From the IMG/VR virus record IMGVR_UViG_3300048839_001082, positions 17,523-81,522 of that record: DNA of 64,000 nucleotides, one strand, 5' to 3'. Shown one piece after another: positions 12,601 to 20,345 of the stretch. A program made the translations under genes and the position numbers. Position 1 is the stretch's first letter. Each line of letters begins with the position of its first letter. Below the pieces are notes generated by a model that worked only from the letters and a program-made list of their open reading frames with translations, had not been told where the DNA came from and searched no databases. This stretch comes from a virus.

Positions 12601-13603
12601 TGCGGGGACGGTAATTGATGGTTCAAGAACCACAAACCCGCAACCTCAAGAATTTCCGCCTCATGAAACATTTTATCTTAAAGATGCAGCATCTATCCAG
12701 CACCCTACGACGTATGGTTCCCTTGGTATATTAAGAACTGTTCGTCCTTACGGACCAGCTGATGATCCAGATCTTACAGGTGGTGCTGTTAATCAATGGT
12801 TTGAAATTAACGGAATGGTGGGATTCCGAAAATCCACAAATGCAACTACGTGGGGCAGTTGGGAGTATGTTCCTAATGGCAAAATTAAAAGTAGCAATGT
12901 CACCACATTTATTGACTCCGCGGCTATTGGTTGGGCACAAATCGGTAATCTAGATATAAATGCCAATGGTTATTTACGATCTGTCAAACCAAGCTATGGC
13001 AGTGCCACTGCCGGTATTTATCTTGCTTATAATAATGGTGTCCCTCATTTAGACATTGGTGATTCAACAAAGTATTTTCGTTGGAGTGGAACTGATTTAT
13101 TGGTCGGTGGAGACATCATTGCCACCGGGAATATCAAGGCGAGGAATGTTACTAACTCTATATCCAATTCTCTTCAAAATTTTCAATTGCCAGTAACAGG
13201 AGGAAATGGTGCTTATCAAAGACTTATTGTCGGTGATTTTACTAAAGAACATGCAGGTTCAAAAGTTTTTTTATACTTAACACTTGTTTTAAATATAAAT
13301 ATAGTGAGTGGAGTTAATGGAGGTCTTGCTTCTTTAGTAGTTCCAGTGGCAGTTATAGGTGGTAAAGGAGCTGAGTCTTACATTTTTAGATATCCTGTTT
13401 CATCTTATTATACATCAAGTCCTATTAATATTCCTATATCGTTTTCAATGGACATTACCCCTTATGTATACGATGGATCTCCCAATCCTATAAATATTGA
13501 TATTAATTATATACAGTTGGTAAATGCTAATCAAGTTTCATTTAATTGGATTAGTACTGCTTTCTTATCAGGATCGTGCATTGTAACAGAATTGAAAGTA
13601 TAG
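6692..13603 (+). CDS. Central tail fibre / host-specificity protein (gpJ-like), 2303 aa
   Basis: SNNSALCLLDYL and SQIDLESF tail-hub motifs, internal repeats, collagen-like GxxGxxG linkers; RBS AAGGA upstream. Confidence 0.85.
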   Translation: MPGGNPYEDYAASVDAQSAAEAAVVPEQYNTVTIPGTVLNKTVEGEKNEFLFIQQALCVGPIQGVYDVLIDDGLGLTEPSLGAAGYEDLDAKPLYQSAAMRFDIHNGNGEEADNILVKNFPSRYSAKFPNTANASICVKLDRENPQFNGVPNAQFFIEGKLVRDITRSGSVGAYTYALTGFVYSNNSALCLLDYLLLSEGGKGLSASQIDLESFYDARILCDTPVLDNALIGGRIWRPESGRRSVSQRNLPLYECNIVIDTEKTIRENVEAILNTMGDARLVWSQSKYKLVVAYPDSNAAIPYSGEITDDELVLGEPIDISWPTSSERLNFCTVRFRNESMDFKEDSVSWPPKQSGTYLRGIGAYSYPIVTGWPLGETTSVFMNANAVWTGGTDNTFVWKFAVKNSGAHTLDIAVDDDGLLNVRRNGILESNATNVGTGNNWRNFVTRSFNWVEDDIIEVTILANNYQGRIAGVAGRVLNVALQAQIWTTRSPAYTDFVTVNQDKTVYDEFLTEDNNILLEADIFADGISDYYHALAKAEEMVRTSRSAFIIEFTYKIKDRYYEPGDFVKLTSSTLNFDELPLKTDEIKSKDDFTATVKATRFDYTQLAWNVNDNEYIAPKAAYDFLLNAPSEVVLDREIISNLQSSGTVRWKSTGDSKIIGYIVYVNKGGDNDANGYPLFTEVGRTGISEEFELPTLGYMYGGVGVKAISNTSSSKMTVNAQVIFNNRKIALTSSDTQFIRRGPVDEPSTITLTAHIAGYVNPVIHWYKNDVLLPDSSTTLVISSDPDGLSVVYRLTVEESEFVWNGEHRTALYSTITIATLSVGNAAFTDYIFRRALTMPATPTEQGMPAGWYDTPPTPNGNPLWVTWAEKDSDGFLITSWVTPVNIESGDIHVQYSKDGIADWHDVFAPGDLFIHYNVNGGAWSAAIQISFEGIDYLTTHFIFTRSLLDPPALDNTADEPVGWLDAPPTNTLLGPLWFSTGQRYKNGQLNNVWSPPVKLEGEGVIAEYSVTGLPGTWHSVFAEGDLYGRYKVGDGDWSIAARIVAENGTYVSYIFKRSATDISGTRPTGNDPTSNQGWFDAPPAANVNGDPLWASFANKTLDDVVIGLWSFPVQLEGGAFKIEYSDDGLGDWNATFNGTTHKWARVSQDNGAHWSPSYKIVGEDGTSFVLKGTKATVGDLPASGNAVGDIWIVTADGNGYAWDGDSWNNVGSIQGPEGAAGKYSTFVFKRAPATPVPTTPTGNDPTAQGWLDSPPAADNGKPLWVSTTYKTAAGVLISPGWTTPVQLEGSAVKVQYSDDAAGTNGWFDTFNGTTHKWAHYSTDGGFNWSASIKIVGEDGADAIYVDLTSESDVTAAEADGTGYVLPSSNQLKLYVGGVHTTVGVTYGGNGTVSGLTASINTSGVITFSGASWTSDTVEFTFTATLNSISYSAKYTYAKSRKGSDSIFPDLLSEADVISANLSGVLTASLPTGNKFNLHKGGFIIPSAQVVFGGSTTRNGLTLNIGASTGVITLTQNPTWTSLSESFVLTATYGPPGSEVVYSKIYTISKAQQGATGDAGSKGDTGEQGAPTYTWVAYANDANGTTLFSTTDPVGRAYIGLAFNQLTPTPEAWPGYYTWSLIKGEQGIPGVGIQGPPSYTWIAYANNATGLNFNTGAWTNETYIGIAVNKSTADESGSVWSDYVWSKIQGSKGDTGNPGQRTIILTCYKWYMSAPAVNDYTQVVTYTWAGGPISYPGGTIAWATAAPANTLGEGASLYQLELHITDLTGISTQTVSNWSAAKLNVIGYTPAGIVGANGQSARKAYKVTTILSPAPSVTAGVGDAAPTGGWSFIATTTLASYEYQFTVDGILTPGGNITWGNPYLASWKVGNLQAIAVDTGALNVSLGMTISDTGSIASSGATAFGTGVGIWQGYEAGQYKARWGNPTGARVQWTGTNFQVYNTNNQLVLSAGGAVWDYVTGTGKPANNAGTVIDGSRTTNPQPQEFPPHETFYLKDAASIQHPTTYGSLGILRTVRPYGPADDPDLTGGAVNQWFEINGMVGFRKSTNATTWGSWEYVPNGKIKSSNVTTFIDSAAIGWAQIGNLDINANGYLRSVKPSYGSATAGIYLAYNNGVPHLDIGDSTKYFRWSGTDLLVGGDIIATGNIKARNVTNSISNSLQNFQLPVTGGNGAYQRLIVGDFTKEHAGSKVFLYLTLVLNINIVSGVNGGLASLVVPVAVIGGKGAESYIFRYPVSSYYTSSPINIPISFSMDITPYVYDGSPNPINIDINYIQLVNANQVSFNWISTAFLSGSCIVTELKV

Positions 13604-13604
13604 T

Positions 13605-14195
13605 ATGCAATATTTTAAATCGGATGAATATGGAAATATTATTCAAATATTACAATCAGACCACGGAATTAACGATATTTCTTTTATACAATATGAGAAT
13701 GATCTTTCAAAACACTGGTATAACATAAGCACGCAGACCGTTATTCAATATACTGATCTACAACAGACAAACAAACGTAATTATAAAATTGGTGCTACGC
13801 ATTGGTCTAATGCAACAATGGAATGGGTGATTCCTGATGCACTCAATAACGCAAAACGCCTAGCCAATTCAAAGATAACATATGCACGTTCTCTCGCGAC
13901 ATTATCTAGCTTTACCTATGACGGAAAAGAAATTGCCACGGATTCATTATCAAGATCAGATATTGATGGAATTTCTAGTTATGTTGCGTTATTTGGAGCA
14001 TTGCCGTCCAACTTTCCGAACGCATGGAAAGCGATGGATAATACATATGTTTCAATTCCCGATGTCGCGACTTGGAAATTATTCATAACTGCGATGGTCG
14101 CTAAAGGCACGACAAATTTTCTCAATTCAGAAACAAAAAAATCATCAATTGCGTCAGCGCTCACGGTGGAGGAAGTTGAGGCCATCCAATGGTAA
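13605..14195 (+). CDS. Tail fibre assembly-like protein (DUF4376-like)
   Basis: FTYDG..IATD..S..DI, WKAMDNTYV and VEEVEAIQW C-terminal pattern; follows the fibre gene. Confidence 0.65.
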   Translation: MQYFKSDEYGNIIQILQSDHGINDISFIQYENDLSKHWYNISTQTVIQYTDLQQTNKRNYKIGATHWSNATMEWVIPDALNNAKRLANSKITYARSLATLSSFTYDGKEIATDSLSRSDIDGISSYVALFGALPSNFPNAWKAMDNTYVSIPDVATWKLFITAMVAKGTTNFLNSETKKSSIASALTVEEVEAIQW

Positions 14196-14380
14196 TCCCT
14201 TTGCATGAAATCGGAGAAGATATCGCTAGATTGATTATTGAGGTACATCAAACGGCGGCTCAATTGGAGAATCTTGCAGTATCTAAAAGATTACGTAAAC
14301 TAGCCGATGAGTTAGATGAATGTAGAAAAGTTGTTTTAGCATCAGACGAATATTTGAATTCAAAATGGGGAGATTTGTGA
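14189..14380 (+). CDS. Hypothetical protein
   Basis: Coupled to both neighbours. Confidence 0.5.
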   Translation: MVIPLHEIGEDIARLIIEVHQTAAQLENLAVSKRLRKLADELDECRKVVLASDEYLNSKWGDL

Positions 14381-14812
14381 ATGATTCGTGTCGCATTTCG
14401 CTATAAAGATCCCAGATTTTTTTCAAGAGCGGTTTGCTTGTTGCAAGGCGGTGATAGCGCACATTGTGAAATTGCTTGGAAATGGGAAAATGATACGCAC
14501 ATTTGCGTGAGTGCCTCTTTTCTTGATGGAGGTGTTCGTACTAAAAGTATTAATATGTCTAAAGAAAAATGGCGTATTTACGAGATGCAAGGCTCACCTG
14601 AATTGGTACGTGCTTGGCTTTTCAGAAATAAGGGCGCTCCCTATGATGTCTTAGGTCTAATGGGGTTCATCTTTAGAAGAATTAAAGGCTGGCGAAATGC
14701 TTGGTTTTGTTCTGAAGTGGCCGCTGAAGTTTTAGGATTGCCTGACCCTTGGAGATATGATTTAAATTTACTTGAAAGCATATGTATCAGATATGGTACT
14801 CGTGTTAATTAA
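14381..14812 (+). CDS. Permuted papain-like (NlpC/P60-superfamily) peptidase/amidase
   Basis: SAHCEI...PYD...WFCSE, with His before Cys (permuted order). Confidence 0.7.
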   Translation: MIRVAFRYKDPRFFSRAVCLLQGGDSAHCEIAWKWENDTHICVSASFLDGGVRTKSINMSKEKWRIYEMQGSPELVRAWLFRNKGAPYDVLGLMGFIFRRIKGWRNAWFCSEVAAEVLGLPDPWRYDLNLLESICIRYGTRVN

Positions 14813-14839
14813 AATGTATCAATGAAGCTCGTCGAATGA

Positions 14840-14990
14840 GGTTCGGGAACTCTGACCGGGTGACGCTCCAGGTTGCCCCAAGTCGGCCCGAAACGCGTCG
14901 AAGGCGAGCCGAACGCCGCCACCCCCTGACCACCCCCATGCGGGGCGGGTCGCGGGGCAAGGTGGGCGTTTTTAGGTCACGTATTTTCAG
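14840..14990. repeat. GC-rich intergenic element, related in inverted orientation to 44766-44872
   Basis: Reverse complement ctgaaaatacgtgacctaaaaac aligns with ctaaaaataagtgcgttaaaaac at 44766; acgcgtttcg and ggtggcg are shared. Confidence 0.5.
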
Positions 14991-15144
14991 TGCGGATTTT
15001 TTCCACGGGAGCGCGATTTCGATTGAAAAAGCTGTTAAATTAACCCATTCCGACGTGCCCCCTATATTAATTCCTTAGAGTTCCCCAAGGAGTTACCGTT
15101 AATATCCGCTGTTTCTAATTGATAAAGATTAGTAAAGGATAGTA

Positions 15145-15690
15145 ATGGAATTAATAGCTGCAGTATTCGGTTTCTTTGCTCCATTTCTGACTGAAGCGTT
15201 TAAGATATTTCAGAAGAAACAAGATAATGCTCATGAGCTCTCCATGATGAGAATTCAGATTGAAGCTAAAGCACAAGAACATGTTTATAGAATGGAAGAG
15301 ATTAATGCTAATGCTGATATCGCTGAAATGAGCACTCTCAGAGCTGCTCCTACATCTTTCGGTGTACAGTTGATCGATGCAGCTGCTAATAAGAATTTTA
15401 GCAAGTGGATGATTGGCCCGGTATTTTATCTATTTGCCATTCTTGATTTTATATCCAGTCTCGTGAGACCCACGATCACTTACGCGGCTTTCACGTTTTA
15501 CGCGGCAGTGAAGTGGGCTCAGTTTGAGCATGCTCGTACATATCTTGGAAGCAATTATAGCGCGCTTTTGCAGATATGGACGACTTCAGATATGTCCATT
15601 GTTATTTTAGTGCTATCCTATTGGTTTGGACAAAGAGCAGCTAAGGCAGCCTTTGGTGGCTCAGCTAATACAATAACCAAAGGTGGCTAA
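15145..15690 (+). CDS. Holin-like membrane protein
   Basis: Hydrophobic segments, VRPTITY and YWFGQR motifs; directly upstream of the lysozyme. Confidence 0.6.
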   Translation: MELIAAVFGFFAPFLTEAFKIFQKKQDNAHELSMMRIQIEAKAQEHVYRMEEINANADIAEMSTLRAAPTSFGVQLIDAAANKNFSKWMIGPVFYLFAILDFISSLVRPTITYAAFTFYAAVKWAQFEHARTYLGSNYSALLQIWTTSDMSIVILVLSYWFGQRAAKAAFGGSANTITKGG

Positions 15691-16190
15691 TGGACAAAGA
15701 AGTCTTAGAATTGGTGAAAACAATTGCAATGCCATTCGAAAGACTTTATTTAGATGCGTATTGGGACCCTCATCCTCACGGTCTTCCGACACAAGGATGG
15801 GGTCGTCTCCTCTCTCGCTACAGTCGGAAAATGCATCTAGATGAAGGTAAAACTTTAGAGCAAGCTAATGAATGGCTTCGCACCACATATCCACGAATAA
15901 CCAGAGACACGGCTGATGAATGGCTTGAAGAAGATATTGAAAAGGCTAATAAAGCGGTTAAACGATTGGTCAAGGTCTCACTCACTCCGGGACAAGAAGC
16001 TGCCTTAACTGATTTTGCCTATAACGTAGGACCGGGCAATTTACAAATTAGCACACTTCTTAGAATGATAAATCGAGGTGACTTCCCGGATGCCGTTGAA
16101 GAATTTGAGAAGTGGAATAAATCAGGGGGTGTTGTTCTTAAAGGTCTAGTTCGCCGTAGAGCGGCTGAAGTTTTGATGTTTATGCTTTGA
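15690..16190 (+). CDS. Endolysin, GH24 lysozyme
   Basis: FE..LDAYWD...PTQGWG, ALTDFAYNVG, STLLR, GLVRRRAAE. Confidence 0.92.
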   Translation: MDKEVLELVKTIAMPFERLYLDAYWDPHPHGLPTQGWGRLLSRYSRKMHLDEGKTLEQANEWLRTTYPRITRDTADEWLEEDIEKANKAVKRLVKVSLTPGQEAALTDFAYNVGPGNLQISTLLRMINRGDFPDAVEEFEKWNKSGGVVLKGLVRRRAAEVLMFML

Positions 16191-16191
16191 T

Positions 16192-16413
16192 ATGGAAATC
16201 ATACATTTGGTCGCTGTTACCCATATCAATAATACGACTTTGAGAACAGTTGAGATGGAAGATAAAACTTTTAGAACCATTGAATTTCCATTTAAAGGAG
16301 AACCGACCGTACTTGAAAGTTATTCGAAAGTATTCGAATCGACCATTGGTCATGTAAATTGGGCGCATGTAATAAAGACGCGCAGAGATTCAAACAATCA
16401 ACTTGAGGAATAA
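16192..16413 (+). CDS. Hypothetical protein
   Basis: Coupled ORF after the endolysin. Confidence 0.5.
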   Translation: MEIIHLVAVTHINNTTLRTVEMEDKTFRTIEFPFKGEPTVLESYSKVFESTIGHVNWAHVIKTRRDSNNQLEE

Positions 16414-16414
16414 T

Positions 16415-16804
16415 ATGTTTAGTGTAACCGCAACTTTTTCTTTTCTGAACGCGAATGGCTCTCCCGCTAAAGATCCTGTGATCGAAAAGTGGAACGGTCT
16501 CGAGAAGATGAAAGTCGTCGATCAACTTGAAGATCGTTTTTTAGAATTTTTATTGAAGTTAAATCAAGTCGCCACTGATGTTGGACATGGTAGAGTTGAA
16601 AAGCCCTCCACCACGAATCCTGTGGAAGTTCAATTGGAAGTTTTGGTTACTGAAGATGGAAAGAAGTGGACCAGAGCCGTTTTCGAATGGCCTAATATGG
16701 GCGAAGAGCAACAGGCAGTGATGTTAGGCTTATTCTACGGTGAAATGGCCACTCTCGATAAAGATACTGCTGATAAGAAAGAAAGCAAGAGCAAACAAAG
16801 ATGA
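16415..16804 (+). CDS. Hypothetical protein
   Basis: RBS GAGG before the ATG at 16415. Confidence 0.6.
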   Translation: MFSVTATFSFLNANGSPAKDPVIEKWNGLEKMKVVDQLEDRFLEFLLKLNQVATDVGHGRVEKPSTTNPVEVQLEVLVTEDGKKWTRAVFEWPNMGEEQQAVMLGLFYGEMATLDKDTADKKESKSKQR

Positions 16805-16907
16805 ATTTCCTATTTCGTATTAAACTCAGACTTCTGTATTGGGTGGGATACGCAGAAGGTCGCTTCGATTTACTCACTAAATTGTTAAAATAACCTTCTG
16901 AAAAATT

Positions 16908-16932
16908 GCGGAAAAAGGGGTATCTTATATGA
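16908..16932 (+). promoter_or_regulatory. Candidate phage RNAP promoter GCG-N3-AAA-N3-GTATCTTATATGA, copy 1
   Basis: Identical 13-nt core at 16920 and 20692; both copies are intergenic and precede gene clusters. Confidence 0.55.
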
Positions 16933-16968
16933 GAAGTAGAGATACCCCTTAACCCAATAGGAGATCAA

Positions 16969-17163
16969 ATGCTAGACTTCCATGCCCATGCTCGTAGAGA
17001 GCTTGATGCAACAGCATTACGTTGCAGATTAGAAGCGAATGTACTCGAAGCGAAGCGGACATTTAAAAATGATCCTCCAGAGCTTCAGATGGAGATTGAT
17101 TATCTCCGTCACAAGGCCTCTAAGCTTGATGCTGAAAGAGAACGACTGGAATTTCGAGATTAA
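16969..17163 (+). CDS. Hypothetical protein
   Basis: Strong RBS AGGAG. Confidence 0.6.
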   Translation: MLDFHAHARRELDATALRCRLEANVLEAKRTFKNDPPELQMEIDYLRHKASKLDAERERLEFRD

Positions 17164-17164
17164 G

Positions 17165-17435
17165 TTCTGTGGGTAACTCCTACGGCGTGGTGGTCACCAC
17201 GAAATAAGTGACGCCTTCGACAGGTATGTCGACCCAGTCTTACAAAGGGGTATTAATACTAGTGAGGGCGGCTAGCACCGTCTCAATTGCGATGAGTAAC
17301 CATGCTAGTGGTCTCATGTCGGATTCGTAACCGACACAGCTGGTAGGCTATCCCTTCTACCGCCGGCTAATGAAATGAAGGAACCCATCTGAAATATGGT
17401 GGGACCACTTAAGCATCTTCGAAAGAGGGTGGTTT
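17165..17435 (+). ncRNA. Candidate multi-hairpin structured RNA
   Basis: Back-to-back hairpins such as cgtggtg/caccacg, tcgaca/tgtcga, tgagggcgg/ccgtctca and tgtcgg/ccgaca, with no credible ORF. Confidence 0.45.
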
Positions 17436-17448
17436 ACAGGAGAAAACC

Positions 17449-17673
17449 ATGTGCGAGCTTTGTGTTCTCGGGGGTTGGCCAGAAGGTGAATGCTTCTGGA
17501 GTGAAAAGAACAAGAACGAGGAATCAATCATGATTGACTCGATCATGATTCACGACGACGCGGCCGCGAATGATCTTCTCGCGAGTGAGCGTCTCGATCT
17601 GTTGTGGGAATACGTCTGTGATTTCTACAGTACACCCAGGCAGACTTACGCGCGTTTTGTTTTCGGGGTTTGA
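17449..17673 (+). CDS. Hypothetical protein
   Basis: RBS AGGAG; start could be an internal ATG. Confidence 0.45.
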   Translation: MCELCVLGGWPEGECFWSEKNKNEESIMIDSIMIHDDAAANDLLASERLDLLWEYVCDFYSTPRQTYARFVFGV

Positions 17674-17758
17674 ATACATGCATGGTGCTGACCCTGTGCA
17701 TGCTAAGCCTCCGACGAGGCGGAGTCAGCTAGGAAAAACTGTGTCACCGAATTGACAC

Positions 17759-17792
17759 GCCGGATCAGTAACCGGCATTAATTTTTTTTTTT
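17759..17792 (+). terminator. Intrinsic terminator
   Basis: gccgg-loop-ccggc hairpin followed by a long T run. Confidence 0.6.
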
Positions 17793-17809
17793 CGACCAAA
17801 GGAGTCAAA

Positions 17810-18106
17810 ATGACGAAGTACATCGGAAATGCGTTTTCTCTGGCGATGGTCCGCGATGAGGATCTAAATAAGGTCTTCATGGTCCCTTGCATGGAGCCTG
17901 ATAGTCGTGAGTGTGTGTCCGTGGTTGGACACGCGGATACGGCGGCCATGCTGGGTGTTGCCTTCAATCGGGTCAGTCTTCAACTCGAGCCTGGCGACGA
18001 ACTTTATGTTGCCCAGTATCAAGGAGGACGGCTTCCTGAGGGTGCCACAACGTTGCCGGAGGGTAGTAGTTTCCGGTGGATCCTTGTTAGTGTTAGAGAT
18101 TTTTAA
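17810..18106 (+). CDS. acrIII-1: DUF1874 / AcrIII-1-like viral ring nuclease
   Basis: NAFSLAM, SVVGHADTA (catalytic GH motif), NRVSLQLEPGD, GRLPEG: signature of the STIV B116/YddF family. Confidence 0.8.
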   Translation: MTKYIGNAFSLAMVRDEDLNKVFMVPCMEPDSRECVSVVGHADTAAMLGVAFNRVSLQLEPGDELYVAQYQGGRLPEGATTLPEGSSFRWILVSVRDF

Positions 18107-18291
18107 GGAGAGCACATGCAAATGCACATCGGGCAAATGTCCAAGCCGAAAGGCACAATGAAATCTCCCGCTCAAATGCGAGAGATGTCCGAGGCTCTGA
18201 ATAAGAGTATTAGGAAACATGCGATGGACAATCATTGGGGAAGCCAACCAACGACATTTCCTGAAACAACCCGTAACCAACGAAAGGACTG

Positions 18292-18561
18292 ATGATGTCA
18301 AACGACAAGAACCTCGGTAAGTTCATGGCCAAGATCGCCATGTCTGCCGATGAGGCGACCAAGGAAAGCATTCGTGCTTTCCAGGAAGAGCTCAAGCAGC
18401 GCAATCAGGAGATGATCCTGAACAAGCTGAGGGAGGTCCACACGTTGATTGAACGTCAGGTGCAGAACTTGCGTGCGTTGCGTGCACGCGAAAAGACTCA
18501 TCTGGCTGAGATTCGTCGTCTGGAGGACTTGGCGAACAGCATCGTCTCCGGTAAGGAGTGA
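18292..18561 (+). CDS. Small coiled-coil protein
   Basis: RBS AAGGA; heptad-like composition. Confidence 0.65.
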   Translation: MMSNDKNLGKFMAKIAMSADEATKESIRAFQEELKQRNQEMILNKLREVHTLIERQVQNLRALRAREKTHLAEIRRLEDLANSIVSGKE

Positions 18562-18812
18562 TGTTGCGCGGGGCATACCGATGATCGGCACCGCGTTATA
18601 AATAAGTCGTGAAACGGTACGTAACGGTTCTCACGGACCGTTCGTCTATGCTATATTAAATTAAACTTTATAGGGTATAGCTTGAGTCTTGATGACCAAA
18701 AAGCCGCCCCTCGCCTTGTGCAAAATCTCAATCCGTCCTCGTGACGGAGGCAGCCACCCCGTACAATCTTTATGGTCCTTTATCAGAACTATAATAGATG
18801 AAAAGGTGGAAC

Positions 18813-18851
18813 CACTGCCTTAAGCGTCCCAAGTGGATTCTTAAGGCAGTG
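18813..18851 (+). promoter_or_regulatory. Long intergenic hairpin, candidate RNase III processing site
   Basis: Perfect 12-bp stem cactgccttaag/cttaaggcagtg. Confidence 0.4.
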
Positions 18852-18884
18852 CAATTGTGCTCTGCAACGACCAATGGAGTCGAT

Positions 18885-18977
18885 ATGCTCGTACGTCTGA
18901 AGAGTGACCGGAGTGTTGTAACCTGGATGTCCATTGAGCATTTGGAACATCTGTGGCATCGGTGGGAACCTGCGTAA
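18885..18977 (+). CDS. Small hypothetical peptide (30 aa)
   Basis: GGAG RBS; MLVRLKSDRSVVTWMSIEHLEHLWHRWEPA. Confidence 0.4.
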   Translation: MLVRLKSDRSVVTWMSIEHLEHLWHRWEPA

Positions 18978-19051
18978 TTAACGCAGGAAGCTGATAGTTA
19001 GGGCATCGATCAAAAGTCGGTGCCTTAAAATCAGTTTAACAAGGAGACTGT

Positions 19052-19285
19052 ATGGATTCAAGAGAGACTGCCCATTTTGTGGAAGGTGCGATGATGGAGT
19101 ACTATCGTCGCAACGAATGGAATCCTGAAGACTATACTCGGTATACTCAGGAAACGATCAATAAGGTCTGGAGGTATCTGACTCAACCGAGTCAAACCAT
19201 TGATGCGTCTTACACGGATATTCAAGCGCACATCGCGCTCGAAGCAGGTAAGATTCATTTTCCGCAAAGTCTCAAGCGCCGCTAG
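19052..19285 (+). CDS. Hypothetical protein
   Basis: RBS AAGGAG; the stop codon lies inside the tRNA-Arg 5' end. Confidence 0.6.
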   Translation: MDSRETAHFVEGAMMEYYRRNEWNPEDYTRYTQETINKVWRYLTQPSQTIDASYTDIQAHIALEAGKIHFPQSLKRR

Positions 19286-19351
19286 CTCAGGGGATAGAGC
19301 AACGGCCTTCTAAGCCGTAGGCCGCTGGTTCGAATCCAGCGCGGTGCGCCA
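19276..19351 (+). tRNA. tRNA-Arg(TCT)
   Basis: Cloverleaf GCGCCGC/GCGGTGC, anticodon loop CT-TCT-AA, TTCGAAT T-loop, encoded CCA. Confidence 0.93.
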
Positions 19352-19353
19352 GT

Positions 19354-19445
19354 TAACGAACGATGAGATGACGGGTTAGCGCCGTCATTGGTCAGAAGAC
19401 TCCTTTCTCCGTAAACGCTGCTTCATGCGAGCTCATCGTTCGTTA
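19354..19445 (+). ncRNA. Structured RNA directly 3' of tRNA-Arg
   Basis: Perfect 14-bp closing stem, inner 7-bp hairpin, possible loop pseudoknot. Confidence 0.55.
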
Positions 19446-19666
19446 TTCTAACTGTCCTGCTCGGATACGTCCCTGAGAGTATTGGACGAAAGGCATTAAA
19501 AGCAGCTGAGACTTGGTTGCAACTCATGAGGCAGCTGTGCTATAAGTCGATCGAAATCTGGGAAGAGCCGGGATGTCTGTGTCCCGTAGTAAGAAAACAG
19601 AATAGGTTGAGACTGTACTGCCGAACCAGTACGCCGGAAGGACAGTAACCGGCATCCTACAATTGC

Positions 19667-19987
19667 ATGGAGAATGATGTGACAGATTTCAGTAAACCTT
19701 TTGTTGTAAATTCGAATCCGTTCGGCTCTTTCGGAAGGGACTTTGAGAAGCTCGTTCCGAGACTCGAAGACATTCCTGAAGATTTCGATAATAAGCGTAA
19801 GTGGGAGGAGTGGCAGTCTGAATGGTTTTTCTCAGGTCTGACACCGACTCCGACACCTCGCCCTGGAATTGATGTCGATTTGGCATTGCGACATCTCGCC
19901 GCAATTCAGCGTTCGTGGGAACCAAAGCACGAGCACAAGCAGATCTACGTAGCCTATCTTGCCAGTCTCTGGTTTGAACATCCTTGA
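19667..19987 (+). CDS. Phage hypothetical protein
   Basis: Well-formed ORF with SWEPKHEHK..VAYL motif. Confidence 0.65.
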   Translation: MENDVTDFSKPFVVNSNPFGSFGRDFEKLVPRLEDIPEDFDNKRKWEEWQSEWFFSGLTPTPTPRPGIDVDLALRHLAAIQRSWEPKHEHKQIYVAYLASLWFEHP

Positions 19988-20334
19988 AAGGAATTATTAT
20001 GATGAACACTGAAATGTTGGCCGCTTTTGAATCCGCCAAAAATGAAATTCAGAGAATTCTGGAAGACTGTGAAAAGACGAGAGGTAAGAAATTCCGGGTG
20101 TATGTCGAACTGATGCAAACGCTGACACTGCTCTTTCAGTCCGGTGGAGTTGGGACCGGAATTCTCACCGCAAAAACGGCTGAAGTTTGCGGAGCAATCA
20201 GCGTGGAACTCGGCCTCAGTGATGCGGACAGCCGAGAAGCATTGAATATCGTGAGATCTCTCGAAAAGATCGGCAAAGAATTGGGAGATAAATTGTCACT
20301 TGCCCGAGCGGACGGTGTGTCCAATTTGAACTAA
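19984..20334 (+). CDS. Hypothetical protein
   Basis: Coupled ORF; the start is probably an ATG slightly downstream. Confidence 0.6.
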   Translation: MKGIIMMNTEMLAAFESAKNEIQRILEDCEKTRGKKFRVYVELMQTLTLLFQSGGVGTGILTAKTAEVCGAISVELGLSDADSREALNIVRSLEKIGKELGDKLSLARADGVSNLN

Positions 20335-20345
20335 AGAAGGCAATC

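Noticed and set aside
14836-15078. 80-aa Arg/Pro-rich ORF
   Set aside because: No RBS and atypical composition; it coincides with the GC-rich non-coding element.
16192-16804. Spanin pair after the endolysin
   Set aside because: Neither ORF has an N-terminal membrane helix or lipobox.
19465-19495. Hammerhead ribozyme (ctgagag...gacgaaa) or theta/HDV-like ribozymes after tRNAs
   Set aside because: Core spacing and required stems could not be built by eye.
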